A DNA stretch of 63,945 bases, filler included, from Lenisia limosa (taxonomy: Eukaryota > Protista > Breviatea): the NCBI GenBank assembly GCA_001655205.1. It is 15 parts of 15 records of this genome, joined end to end, with 100 filler letters (N's around TTAATTAATTAA, not from the genome) between each part and the next. Parts side by side here need not be neighbours in the genome. Positions count along the whole stretch, not along the records: positions 35,267 to 39,409 come from LPNZ01001286.1; positions 39,510 to 41,843 come from LPNZ01006597.1; positions 41,944 to 45,709 come from LPNZ01004320.1; positions 45,810 to 48,273 come from LPNZ01007188.1; positions 48,374 to 52,158 come from LPNZ01008600.1; 10 more parts are not named here. One strand, written 5' to 3'. Shown here piece after piece: positions 37,056-48,830 of this stretch. A program made the translations under genes and the position numbers. Under the pieces are notes generated by a model. It saw only the letters and a list, made by a program, of their open reading frames with translations, was not told the DNA's origin and made no database searches. Each line of letters begins with the position of its first letter. The stretch's first letter is position 1.

Positions 37056-38361
37056 ATGGCATCTTCTAAACCGAGACGGAAACCCCTACACTACAGACCC
37101 TCTGTAAGTGGCATCGGAGTAATGTTGAAGGTCCTTTGGCGACTTACATTGTGGATTTATTTGACTGGGTTTAAACAACCATCTTAAGTCCAATTCATTG
37201 TTATACTACCACAGACGGATTTCTTACCCCCTCCAGACGAGCCGTTCGGTCCATCCTCACTGAGTCCCTTCTGGACCCCGAAACAGGCCGACACTTCCAC
37301 CTGTTCACGAGTATTGCTGGCGACCTCTGGCGGCCGATCGAGAACAAGGAAGAAGCTTTTGTACACTGGTTTTCTTGAAGCCCCCTTGGGCTGGCTATTC
37401 TAACCGTTCCAGAACCCCTTGCCTGAGAGCCCTTCAGCAATGACAGCCGTGTCTGCAAGGATGGTATATGCACTGGCTACACATTCCTCCCTTCAGGGCC
37501 TCTATAAGTCCCAACTCATTGCTGCTGTGTCCGATGTGGGTTTTGTGCAGTTATCACGTATTAATCTCTTTTCGAAGTGTAGTATACTATTTCTAAATGA
37601 TATTCCCCTCACCCCACACACATCAGCAGTCTGAACTCTTCAAAAACTCCCACGCGTTGTTTGTGATCTCATGATGACAGGTGTGGAACTCCGTGTCACG
37701 AAGGGCACAAGGCCGCAAGTGGCCTTCAGCCCCGGTCGCTGTCAACGCCACCCTCTTCAAAATGGCTACTTCCGAGTTCTTTTATGTTTGTGCCTATAAC
37801 GTATATTGTTTTTTATTTAGATGATACCTTCTTTCCAAAACGTGACCCTTCAGGAATCCGGTCACACGTGGTACCTCACGAACCTCGGCAAGGCGGCCAC
37901 TGCCGAGGCCTTCACTCACCTCGAAACTTGCCTTGGATTGTCGGATGACGATGAAAACGAGCAGGCTACTTGGGTGAGGGGGTGGTATTAAAAGATAAAC
38001 TGCATTTGCGCCGCGATAGTGTTAACTGCTCAGGATGAGTATTTGGAGACTGAACACCGGAAGCTTGAGGAGCAGCGCGAATTTGAGAGAGTCGAGAAAG
38101 AGGTATGCTACTGTTTATGAGGGCTTATATTTTATTTTATTTTGCTTGAACGTTAGTGCTTGTATGTGTTTTACTGTTTCCGCTTTTTACGTATCAATAC
38201 TGACCCGTTGTCAGGCGCTGAGTCGGCCGCCGCCCATCCCCAACAGTCTTGACCTCAGCCGACTGCCCTCAATGTTCTTCGGAAACATCCGGGCGACAAT
38301 CATCGACGGTTTGCCCTCAATGTTTGAAGAATGGCGATACGACTCATTTGGCCTGTGCTAA
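37056..38361 (+). CDS. Hypothetical protein with possible winged-helix domain
   Basis: Spliced ORF from MASSKPRRKPLHYRPS to ...YDSFGLC*. GLYKSQLIAAVSD...TWYLTNLGKAA resembles a MUS81-type winged helix (inference). Confidence 0.55.
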
Positions 38362-38648
38362 TTCCGCAGCATTGTTCTCCTATGTAATCAGACGGAACCA
38401 TGGCAAGTGCACAGTTGCTGACTTGGCCGCGGCTGTCTTCATGAATGCCCCTGTTTTTGGACTGGTAGGATTGTACTATGATGTGCAAATGTGTAATTTG
38501 AAGTTTCACTTTACTCATACTGCAAATATAATGTCAGGACCATTTCATATAGTTCTCTCTTAATGAAACATTTTGACCCCCCCCCCTCCAGACACTTGCC
38601 TCACGAGAACATACGATCTTGCAATGCGTGAATGTTGTCAACCTCGTT

Positions 38649-39409
38649 ATGAGTAACCAGCCGTCACCGTCACTCTTCAAAGTCGACAAGGTTCGTGAAC
38701 AGTCTACTTGTTGGAAATCAGTTTACGTTAATCTATCGAGTGGAATTGTTTTGCTGATCTTGTAGGAATTGAATATTACCTTGACTAAGAGATTCAGCGA
38801 AGGATTAAGAAGACAGGTTAGTTGGATTGCTGGGTTCTCTGTTCCAGAAAAGGAAGACGACATTTTTGTGTTCAAATGGATTGATATCAACTTTTTCTAT
38901 TTAACAATCATATCATATAATATATGTCTTGATCTTTCATATTTGACTCCATAGTCTGCATCTGCGTTCCTACTGACGCTGGGTCCATTCTTCAGAGTTT
39001 GCCCAGGTCGGTCGGTCATCTTCTTTGCTATCTTATTCCCCTCTTTTGACCCCCTTTCCTTTTTGAATACCTTGTAGAACCCAAACAGCTGGTTCCGCAT
39101 TCACTTTCTCTCACGACACAGAATTGGTGGAAGAAGTTGAGGCTATTCAAAAGATGAAGCCTCCCCCACAAATCAACATACCAAAACCCAAGCCTACAGC
39201 CACCGCACCCCTCTCCAAACCCGCTCCCTCTGGGTATGTTGCAATTATATCAATGCTAGCTAGACATTTTCATTCTGCACTCCTTTGTATTATGGGCTTT
39301 TCTGAAAGAACAGAGTTTTGTTTGGATTCTTTGAAACTTTTGAAGCCCCCCCCCTCTGACCTGCAGCCGCCGACCTGGCCGCCCGCCCTCAGCCCACAAA
39401 ACTATCCAC
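38649..39409 (+). CDS. Hypothetical protein, 5' part, Pro-rich
   Basis: MSNQPSPSLFKVDKVREQSTCWKS and later exons up to ELVEEVEAIQKMKPPPQINIPKPKP. Confidence 0.4.
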
Positions 39410-39811
39410 NNNNNNNNNNNNNNNNNNNNNNNNNNNNNNNNNNNNNNNNNNNNTTAATTAATTAANNNNNNNNNNNNNNNNNNNNNNNNNNNNNNNNNNN
39501 NNNNNNNNNATTAGGGCTTCACTTCGAAAAAAAGATTGAATTTCTCGATAAATCTTCGAAATTTTCGATACTTTACCAGTATTTTTCGAACCGAAATGAA
39601 GCCCTAGCTAGGTGTCATACATATAGCAATAAAGGAAGATGGTCAAAAATCAACCAAAAATCCCCCCGAGTTTCATTCTATTTCACTATGCAATAAGATT
39701 ACGTTCGGGATTTGCCCCCCCCCCCCCCCNNNNNNNNNNNNNNNNNNNNNNNNNNNNNNNNNNNNNNNNNNNNNNNNNNNNNNNNNNNNNNNNNNNNNNN
39801 NNNNNNNNNNN

Positions 39812-41818
39812 GCTCTTCAGGCTCGGACATCTTCTTCTCGGTGCTGTCAACCTTGGCTGGGGTGGGGAGTAACATTGGAAAATTTATGGAACAAAAAAAC
39901 CCAAATCAACTCTGTTGGCTGACAATACACGAGGTTTGTAAAAATGGGAAATGTATGAAACAAAAAGGTTCAAGATTAACTCTGTTGGCGGTGGGTGGTT
40001 AATCTGAGAAAAACTATTTGAATAATTTCATAATAGGACGCTACAGCGGTTAGTATTTTTTGAACCTTTAGGAATCCCACATAAATCTCAATCCCATTCT
40101 TACGTTGCATTTTGGGACTGGGTGGACGGACGGGTAATTCATCTGAAACAGTCACAGGGAGTATTTGTAAAAGAATCTATGGAAGCCGTTCACAGCACAT
40201 TGATAAGTTTGTAAGGGAGATAAGATACAAAAAACCAACACTCAATCATATCATTGATTTGCACCCCAGTTCGACTTAAATCAATCATATCATTGATTTG
40301 CACCAGGCTTTACTGCAAAAAAAAANNNNNNNNNNNNNNNNNNNNNNNNNNNNNNNNNNNNNNNNNNNNNNNNNNNNNNNNNNNNNNNNNNNNNNNNNNN
40401 NNNNNNNNNNNNNNNNNNNNNNNNNNNNNNNNNNNNNNNNNNNNNNNNNNNNNNNNNNNNNNNNNNNNNNNNNNAAATGCACACAATTAAAACCGAGTCT
40501 ATATTCAAATGCTTATCATAATATATAGATAGCCCTGCCACCATCCTCTTCCTCTTGCCTCTTCTTGGCTTGACGTTTTTTATGGTAACAGTAGAAGCAG
40601 GCTGCTCCTCCACCCATCGTGGCAAACACCAGTAGGAATACAATCACTACAGAGTTAGTTTTTATTTTATCCAAAGCCGCTAGACTAGTTCGACTGGTCT
40701 TCTTATACGCTACCTCGAGCTTCAAGCTCACCATGAAACAATATATTTTCTCAGGAGAGCAACTGGAAAAGTGGAAAGATCCCCACTCCAGTGTTTTTGA
40801 TTGCTCATCTCTATATATTTTTGTGTACTACATTAAGAGAATATATTCTGCTTCGGTTAAAAATTACATGAAACTGTAATTCATGAACATTCAAATAGTC
40901 AGTTTCCAAATAATATGATATTATAAAACAAAACAAAAGTAACAAAAGTACCCCCCCCCCCACGAGATCCAGCTTCACAGCCATCCTCGGGACACTGGAA
41001 ATCAGTGGGCATGGTGCAGACGTCAATCTTGCCGGTTTCGCCAACGTTTCCTAATTAAATTAGGCAAATGATCGTGTGGATCGATTCCAAACTGTATTCA
41101 AAAGACAACTACTTTACAGATTCGCTTTTGCTAAAGACACGCCTATAGGGCAGGTTGGGTGAATAAATACAAACTACACCCAATATCTGATGATGTGGAC
41201 AGCTTCCACCAGATATTCATATCAAGACTTACTACAAGCAGTGTTAATATAAAATGATTAAATAGTTCTGGTATTATATTATACAATACGTACACCTACA
41301 ACAGGCAGGGTTCCTCCCATTCGGTACCAAAAAAGAGCATTTCATTAAAAGCTGTTCCTTACACAAAATGAATGGAAGATACAAACTGTTGANNNNNNNN
41401 NNNNNNNNNNNNNNNNNNNNNNNNNNNNNNNNNNNNNNNNNNNNNNNNNNNNNNNNNNNNNNNNNNNNNNNNNNNNNNNNNNNNNNNNNNNNNNNNNNNN
41501 NNNNNNNNNNNNNNNNNNNNNNNNNNNNNNNNNNNNNNNNNNNNNNNNNNNNNNNNNNNNNNNNNNNNNNNNNNNNNNNNNNNNNNNNNNNNNNNNNNNN
41601 NNNNNNNNNNNNNNNNNNNNNNNNNNNNNNNNNNNNNTTTCCTGACAAATGTACAAGATTCAAACAAAACAAAAAAATGAACAACGAACTAGCCCACCAA
41701 TTGTTAAAGAGGTGCCGAGTTCAACCGGGCTCTCGCAAGCACGTCCCTTGAGGCAAAGTTGTACCTTCAGCACACCGCTCACTCCGGTCTCGCCATGCGC
41801 TACTCCAGCAAACACAAC
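39812..41818 (-). CDS. Type I membrane protein, C-terminal part
   Basis: Cys-containing ectodomain exons, a TM segment VIVFLLVFATMGGGAACFYCY, a basic stop-transfer HKKRQAKKRQ, and a tail exon AKVDSTEKKMSEPEE. Confidence 0.6.
40241..40304. repeat. 24-bp direct repeat with short spacer
   Basis: TCAATCATATCATTGATTTGCACC occurs twice. Confidence 0.85.
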
Positions 41819-42006
41819 CTGAGAACATTAAAAGAGCACTTTGNNNNNNNNNNNNNNNNNNNNNNNNNNNNNNNNNNNNNNNNNNNNTTAATTAATTAAN
41901 NNNNNNNNNNNNNNNNNNNNNNNNNNNNNNNNNNNNNNNNNNNGGAGGGGGGGGGGTAATGGTGATATGGGAATACTCTAGAAATATGATATTTATGTAT
42001 TATATT

Positions 42007-42131
42007 AGGACCAGACCAGAATCCGACTTAAGGACCCGAAATTCCATTTCAAAACTCCGAACTCTGACTTTTTTTGACCGAAACTCCGACTTAAGACCCA
42101 AAAATCCGACTTAGGATTCTGGTCTGGTCCT
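42007..42131. mobile_element. 125-bp MITE with perfect 18-bp TIR upstream of talin
   Basis: AGGACCAGACCAGAATCC...GGATTCTGGTCTGGTCCT, with internal TCCGACTTA subrepeats. Flanks ATTATATT / CATATATT are a degenerate 8-bp TSD. Confidence 0.75.
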
Positions 42132-42686
42132 CATATATTGAAAACTGTGAAAAATATTTTCCTAATTTTTATCGTGTACAACAATCAATAAGTATACTGA
42201 TTGAAGCGTTTACCCCATGTATTTGTTTCGTTTGCTTCAGTTTGCTTTCCCGATCCGCCGCCGTAGACAGACCCGCCGGCGAACAGGAAAAAAATTGCTC
42301 TTCTGTTCCCATTTGCGGGCCTCGATGGAAACGACTGTCGGGAAAGGAGGAGGAAGAGGAAAGAAAAAGCAGCACGGAGTCAGCGCAAAAGCCCATGAAG
42401 TAATGAAGCGTCTTGTTGTTTTTTTTTTTTTATTGTAGTTTTATATAACCCCAAGGAGGTTTCTTTGTTGGGGACTCCCCTTATGCAAATCGGAGACTTC
42501 TGTTTCCTAGGTTGTATACACCCCCAGATTATTGATGCATTAAAGTTCAAAGTTCAAAGTTCAAAGCTCTCTATTTTAATCGACACATTAAGAGTTTAGG
42601 AGTGATTTATTTATTTAATAATTTACAGTATTATTGGAGAGAAGGCTTGAGGAAGACAGGTTGGACCAAGCCTTTCGCTTTTAACG

Positions 42687-45600
42687 ATGTCGTCCACAAT
42701 CTCTCTCAAAGTGAACCTGGTGGCTGTTGGCAGACTGAAAACATTGCAGTTTGGGTACACTCAGAGTGTTAGGTGAGAAATTGCTAAGTTTATCCGCCGT
42801 GTTGTCCCTCTAACTACTCTCACACCTTTGTTTAGCGATGTGGTTAAACAAATTTTTGAAAAGACCGAGGTTGGAGGCTCCGACCATGGTCTGTTTATTG
42901 AGGATACTGAAGAGTATGGGAGATGGCTGGACAGTGACAAGACTCTTGCGTACTATGATTTGAAGAATGGAGTATGATTGGGTTTAAGGAGGGTTTGAAA
43001 GCTGTTTTCACTTTCTACCTCTCCAGGACGAACTTCATTACAGGAAGAAACATCGTGCTCTCCGCATTGTTTTGATGGATGATTCAACGAAAACCGTTCT
43101 TATTGATGATTCGCAGACCGTGATTGAGCTGGTTAAAGTGGGTTTTCTTTCAACACCGTTTTGATATTTATCTTTTGAAGTGTCTCTTCTCTTTTGCGTT
43201 GTGACTTGTAGTTCACTTGCTACAATGGTTGTTATTCGGCTGAAATGAGGATTTTTTTTTAGTTTTGTATCCCACTTTTTCCCACTCATCGTTACAGTCT
43301 ATGGCTAAGAAGGTTATGATTTCCAACCCTGAAGAATTCTCCCTTCTTTGCAAATTCGATGACAAAAGTATGCCAAGGACCTGAATACAATAATCAAACA
43401 CTTTATGTGGACAGCTTTGCTAAGATTTTAACATGAAAATGGTTAGCTGCCAAAAAAAAGGGGTGGTGGTGCTTTGGTTTTTGCAACACATTTATCACCA
43501 TCTTATCCTCCAGCATTCCGTTTTTATAATGTGTTTGTCTTCATTTGTTCTTTCTTTTGACGCTCTACTCTAATGTATTTGTCTTCATTTGCTCTTTCTT
43601 TTGACGCTCTACTCTAATGTATTTGTCTTCATTTGCTCTTTCTTTTCACGCTCATCAAATCCTTTTTACTGAAGCTACCCGTTCAATAGACCGAGCCTTG
43701 GTAAATCCTCGATAAACATCAACAAATCTCGATTATATATAACGTTAGAATTATCTGTTTTTTAAAACCAAAAGTGAAAGGCTTCCATTCACCCCACAGA
43801 CGAGGAGTGGCTGAACCCGAACAAGACCCTCAGTGAACAGGGCGTTTCTGTTGACCACACCGTGTACATCAAGAAAAAGTTCTTTTTCAGGTGAGGCGGT
43901 TTTTGTGCTTGGGTGTTTTTTTCTTTATCCCAATACTTAATGTTAATCTTCGACAAGTGTTGATAATTTAGTGCTATTTAGACCTAAATTACTCTCACAT
44001 CATGCATGGATCTATTATATCATATCATATTTAGTAGTGTATGGGGGTTTCAATATTATCTTGTTCTTTGTAGAGTAAGATGTAGTGCTGCAGCATAGAC
44101 CTGCTTGGAGAATTTTGTTTTATTATCATCTGTTTTAACTTTCCGATCTAGTGATCAGACAGTCGATCGTTCAGATCCCATAGCGCTCAATCTGCTGTTT
44201 GTCCAGGTGGGAGGGGGGTTGCTCATAAATTTGTTACTTATATTTTATGCTATGATATACAGTCTTGATCGATTTGCTATGGGATTTCAAGGAAAATCGG
44301 TCAAGTCTTATCATAGTCATATCAATATTTAAACGGTCTTTTTCAAACCGCAGGGAAGCCCTAGATGTGAGTGTTATTGTAATATGTAACCGACAGTATT
44401 GACAGTATTTAGTCTCGCGATGCAATTGTCAACGGCACCTACCCGGTCACAATTGAAGAGGCTATCCAGTTCGCCTCATTGACCTGCCAGGTTTGGGCGA
44501 GTGTGGTGCTTGGTTGTCCTATTCGTTGCTTGAGTTCAAAGTACTCCCGGCTATTCTCCTGCAGGTTAATTTGTTGCGCTGCATATATGATAGCAGCCTG
44601 GTACAACGCGAAAATCCTATAGTACCCCATACCTTTGATTGTGAAATAACTTTCAATATTATTCGAAGGGAGATAATATATGATATTTTGTTGCGAGAAC
44701 ATTTCAGATACTCTCATTTTGCCTTTTGTCAATAATCCTCTTCTGTTTTTCCCATCACGAATTAGGTTCAATACGGCAACTTTGACCCCAACCGTCACAA
44801 GAAGGGCTTCCTGAGGTAGGGTTGATGGATGTTGGATAAGGGCCCACAAAGATCGCATAATTGTCGCATTATTATTATTGAATCATTATCATTACATTGT
44901 CACATAATTATGGGATAATTGGCCCCATTGGACTTTTCCCCTGCATTATGTGAATGCGAACTTTGTTGACAGCTTGTCTTGAATAGAGCTTCATTTTGGT
45001 TCCCAAGAGTCTTGCATGCTTTTTTTTTGAGAGAAATAAATATTATATAGTAGTATATATTACATAAAAATATAATGTAATTTCGGCTTTTATTAGTGTA
45101 TTCTTGAGAAAGACGCAATCACAAATTCATTCGTCACAAAATCCCCTCTGTCCCCCCCTTCCACTNNNNNNNNNNNNNNNNNNNNNNNNNNNNNNNNNNN
45201 NNNNNNNNNNNNNNNNNNNNNNNNNNNNNNNNNNNNNNNNNNNNNNNNNNNNNNNNNNNCGAAAAAGACGTTTTCATTGAGTACAAGGTTGGCAGTTTAT
45301 CCATATTCGCTGTAAACTATTCATTATGTGGTAAAATAGCCACATTCAAGCATGAGTGTTTATTGTGTGAAGGTGTGGTTATTGATATTCATAAGGCAAT
45401 GTGGGCATGTTTTTTGGCTAGTAATTTGGTAAATTGATAGGTTGACAGGTTTTTACCCTATTTCCAAACTCTGTATTCACCCCTAAAAATTCTTCTTATA
45501 AATGTTATACTATAATCCAATATCTCTTATAAGCGTGTTGGTGTGGACGGCTTCGGGCAGATACAACCTTTTTGAATTTCTCATCTCATATACAGAAACT

Positions 45601-45709
45601 CTTGTTATCCACCCCTAGAAACTCTTGTTATCCACCCCTAGAAACTCTTTGGTATGTCCGAGATCAACGCCAAGTACAAGTTCATTTCCGTGTGTCGTAA
45701 CCTCAAAAC
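42687..45709 (+). CDS. TLN: Talin-like FERM protein, N-terminal F0-F2 (3'-partial)
   Basis: MSSTISLKVNL...GRWLDSDKTLAYYDLKNGDELHYRKKHRALRIVLMDDSTKTVLIDDSQTV...DRSDPIALNLLFVQSRDAIVNGTYPVT...VQYGNFDPNRHKKGFL...LFGMSEINAKYKF, collinear with the talin head. Confidence 0.93.
43534..43653. repeat. 44-bp tandem repeat, about 2.7 copies (talin intron)
   Basis: TTTGTCTTCATTTG.TCTTTCTTTTGACGCTCTACTCTAATGTA. Confidence 0.9.
45595..45649 (+). repeat. 23-bp tandem duplication of a talin 3' splice site
   Basis: GAAACTCTTGTTATCCACCCCTA x2 plus GAAACTCTT. Confidence 0.9.
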
Positions 45710-46020
45710 NNNNNNNNNNNNNNNNNNNNNNNNNNNNNNNNNNNNNNNNNNNNTTAATTAATTAANNNNNNNNNNNNNNNNNNNNNNNNNNNNNNNNNNN
45801 NNNNNNNNNAAGAATATAACAAAATTATTTCATATGTAGTACATGTATTTTATCATATGTACATATTTGACATAAGAGAACAACAATTATGATTTTCATA
45901 ATTACCAAAATTTTTGTTGAATCTGAGTTAAAACCTTGTAAAAAGACGACGTCACCGTAAGTTTATGTTCGGATATCCTTGACAAAACCATAACCTGCAA
46001 CCCCCCACTTGTCCCCCGTC

Positions 46021-48209
46021 AATAGCAGCCGGCGGCTGGTCTGAGTCCTTCGAGTCTCCAGATTCTGGGGGGGGGGGGNNNNNNNNNNNNNNNNNNNNNN
46101 NNNNNNNNNNNNNNNNNNNNNNNNNNNNNNNNNNNNNNNNNNNNNNNNNNNNNNNNNNNNNNNNNNNNNNNNNNNNNNNNNNNNNNNNNNNNNNNNNNNN
46201 NNNNNNNNNNNNNNNNNNNNAATGAATAAAATGACGAAAACAACTGTATAGAATAGCCCATCTCGTCCATTATTCTAGAATTTCCACATCACGTACCGGA
46301 GGGAGGGGCAATGGGGGAGTTAGTAGTAGGAGGTGGCTCCACTGCGCGTGGACTGGCGCCTAATTGCGTGAATATTGCGTGAATAGTACGTCGGTGTTGT
46401 GTCAATATTATGTCAATGAAAGTGTGGATGATTAAGTGAAAGATTGCGTGAAAACAAGAAGAGTAAATGCGGGAAATACCCCAACATTTGTCACATTGTT
46501 CCTTAGCTTTTGTTTTTTTTTAGCATTACCCAACCCATATCAATATTGCGCATGTCGTCCCTCAGCATTACCCACCCTGGCTGGCAGTCTGGTCGTTCTG
46601 CCCGCTCGGGAAGAAGGTCCTGACAGGTCCAGTCGAACCGTCGAGACTGGCCTGGGAGTCCACCATTACGCTGGGCAGGGACAGGCCTCGTGACGCCTGG
46701 GGGGGGGGGGNNNNNNNNNNNNNNNNNNNNNNNNNNNNNNNNNNNNNNNNNNNNNNNNNNNNNNNNNNNNNNNNNNNNNNNNNNNNNNNNNNNNNNNNNN
46801 NNNNNNNNNNNNNNNNNNNNNNNNNNNNNNNNNNNTGAAAAGTTTTATTCTTTAGAGATGAAAAATAATAGTAATAATAGAAAAACAGAAATAACAAAAA
46901 GCAGCCCCCATACCCCGAATTTAGGTGGGAGTCTCTTTTCATGATCAGGGATAGCCTGGAGGGAGCTTGCGGAATCTGGGCGTGAATGGGGGAATATATT
47001 GAAGTATCTATCAAATATTCTTGTAATATACTCTATGCTATAATACGAAACTAAACACGGATACAGATATACGAAACTAAACACGAATACAGATATACGA
47101 AACTAAACATGGATACAGATGATACGATCTAATTTTCTGATTATACGTGTTAAAGTAAATGAAAAATAGAATATAATTCATCCAAAAGAAACGTATTAGT
47201 CGACATTATCCAGGGGATGCATACCTCGGATGCTGAGCTGATTGAACAGGTGGGTTGTAGCCTCGGACCTGGGGGGTGAAACGAAGGAAATTTCGATGAA
47301 GATTGACGTAAAGGTAGTTATCATGAAATGAATAATCAGAAGGGGGGTATTTCAAAACCAATAAAGAAGCTCAAAAGGCTTAACACTTGATATAAATGAG
47401 GGTTAAAAACAACAAAAAGAAAGCCCAGGCCAGTCGCTTCTGACCCACGGCACCATCCGCAATGTCGCAGATTATTGCCCATCCCTTCACGAAAGAAAAG
47501 AGACACGTGCTTCACTTCGGTTCGAAAATGACCAGTAAAATATCGATAGTTTTTGTGATTCGAGGATTTATCGAGAAATTCAGTCTTTTTTCGAACCGAA
47601 GTGACCCCCCCCCCCCCNNNNNNNNNNNNNNNNNNNNNNNNNNNNNNNNNNNNNNNNNNNNNNNNNNNNNNNNNNNNNNNNNNNNNNNNNNNNNNNNNNN
47701 NNNNNNNNNNNNNNNNNNNNNNNNNNNGATTTTGATTTTCATGCCATTGATGGTTGTGCGGTTGAGATTGTTTAGCGCCATATCTGCGTCTCTGTGGGGA
47801 GTAAAGTGATATTAAAACAACCAAAAAAAAACCCAAACATCAACTCTGCTGGACTTGAATCGACCCCCCCTCCAACCTTGAATCGAAATACTCCACAAAG
47901 CGATGGTGAGTCTTATTAGGCGTCTCTCTAATCTCACGTACCTCTCCANNNNNNNNNNNNNNNNNNNNNNNNNNNNNNNNNNNNNNNNNNNNNNNNNNNN
48001 NNNNNNNNNNNNNNNNNNNNNNNNNNNNNNNNNNNNNNNNNNNNNNNNNNNNNNNNNTGAGGGTTGATATCAAACCCTGTTGGCTTGGGAAAAGAAAAAG
48101 GAAAAGGAAAATATGCTATCACCCCCGCCGCCGCATACAATTAAATCGCTGTTTGCAGTGTTTTGGTCAAGGTTGAAGACCACCAGGGTGCCGAACTGTT
48201 TGTTTTTTT
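46021..48209 (-). CDS. Mei2/AML-like RRM protein (partial)
   Basis: FGTLVVFNLDQNTANSDLI...VREIRETPNKTHHRFVEYFDSR-DADMALNNLNRTTINGMKIKI matches RRM2 of Mei2-like proteins. Confidence 0.85.
47043..47120. repeat. 26-bp tandem repeat x3
   Basis: ATACGAAACTAAACA[C/T]G[G/A]ATACAGAT. Confidence 0.9.
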
Positions 48210-48830
48210 CTGCAGGGGTGAGGAACAGCCTTGGTTGATATGTGCAACTATTTGCCCCCCCCCCCATATCAAANNNNNNNNNNNNNNNNNNNNNNNNNNN
48301 NNNNNNNNNNNNNNNNNTTAATTAATTAANNNNNNNNNNNNNNNNNNNNNNNNNNNNNNNNNNNNNNNNNNNNCTATGAATGGTCGGACTTTTTAGTCGG
48401 ACCAATTTAAATGAGTACAAATTAGACTTCTTACTAGGGGGTCTAATAGTTGAGACCTTAGTCGTTCGTGAAACGGAGTGTAGAAATCAAAAGCCCAAGG
48501 GGTTAGGAAAAATATTCTAAAATTATTTTCATGAATGAGTCACGTGACCTCGAGAACTGGACCTTAACATTTTTGTATTATTTGAATTTTTTTTTGATTT
48601 TTTTTTTTTTTTTTTTTTTNNNNNNNNNNNNNNNNNNNNNNNNNNNNNNNNNNNNNNNNNNNNNNNNNNNNNNNNNNNNNNNNNNNNNNNNNTTTATTTG
48701 AATTCTCTAAATACGCCCAAATCCATATGACAAGTCACCTTAATGAAAGTTGTGTAAATATAATATATTGAAAAACGAAAAGTCTACAAATTAGTTCACA
48801 AATACTGAAGGCTTACATTGAGGACGACGG

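Noticed and set aside
44560-44640. Possible cassette exon VNLLRCIYDSS in talin
   Set aside because: 76 nt would frameshift, and the flanking exons already join into continuous talin sequence.
44439-44858. 139-aa antisense ORF nested in talin
   Set aside because: It overlaps two genuine talin exons (SRDAIVNGTYPV..., VQYGNFDPNRH...) on the opposite strand; a shadow ORF.
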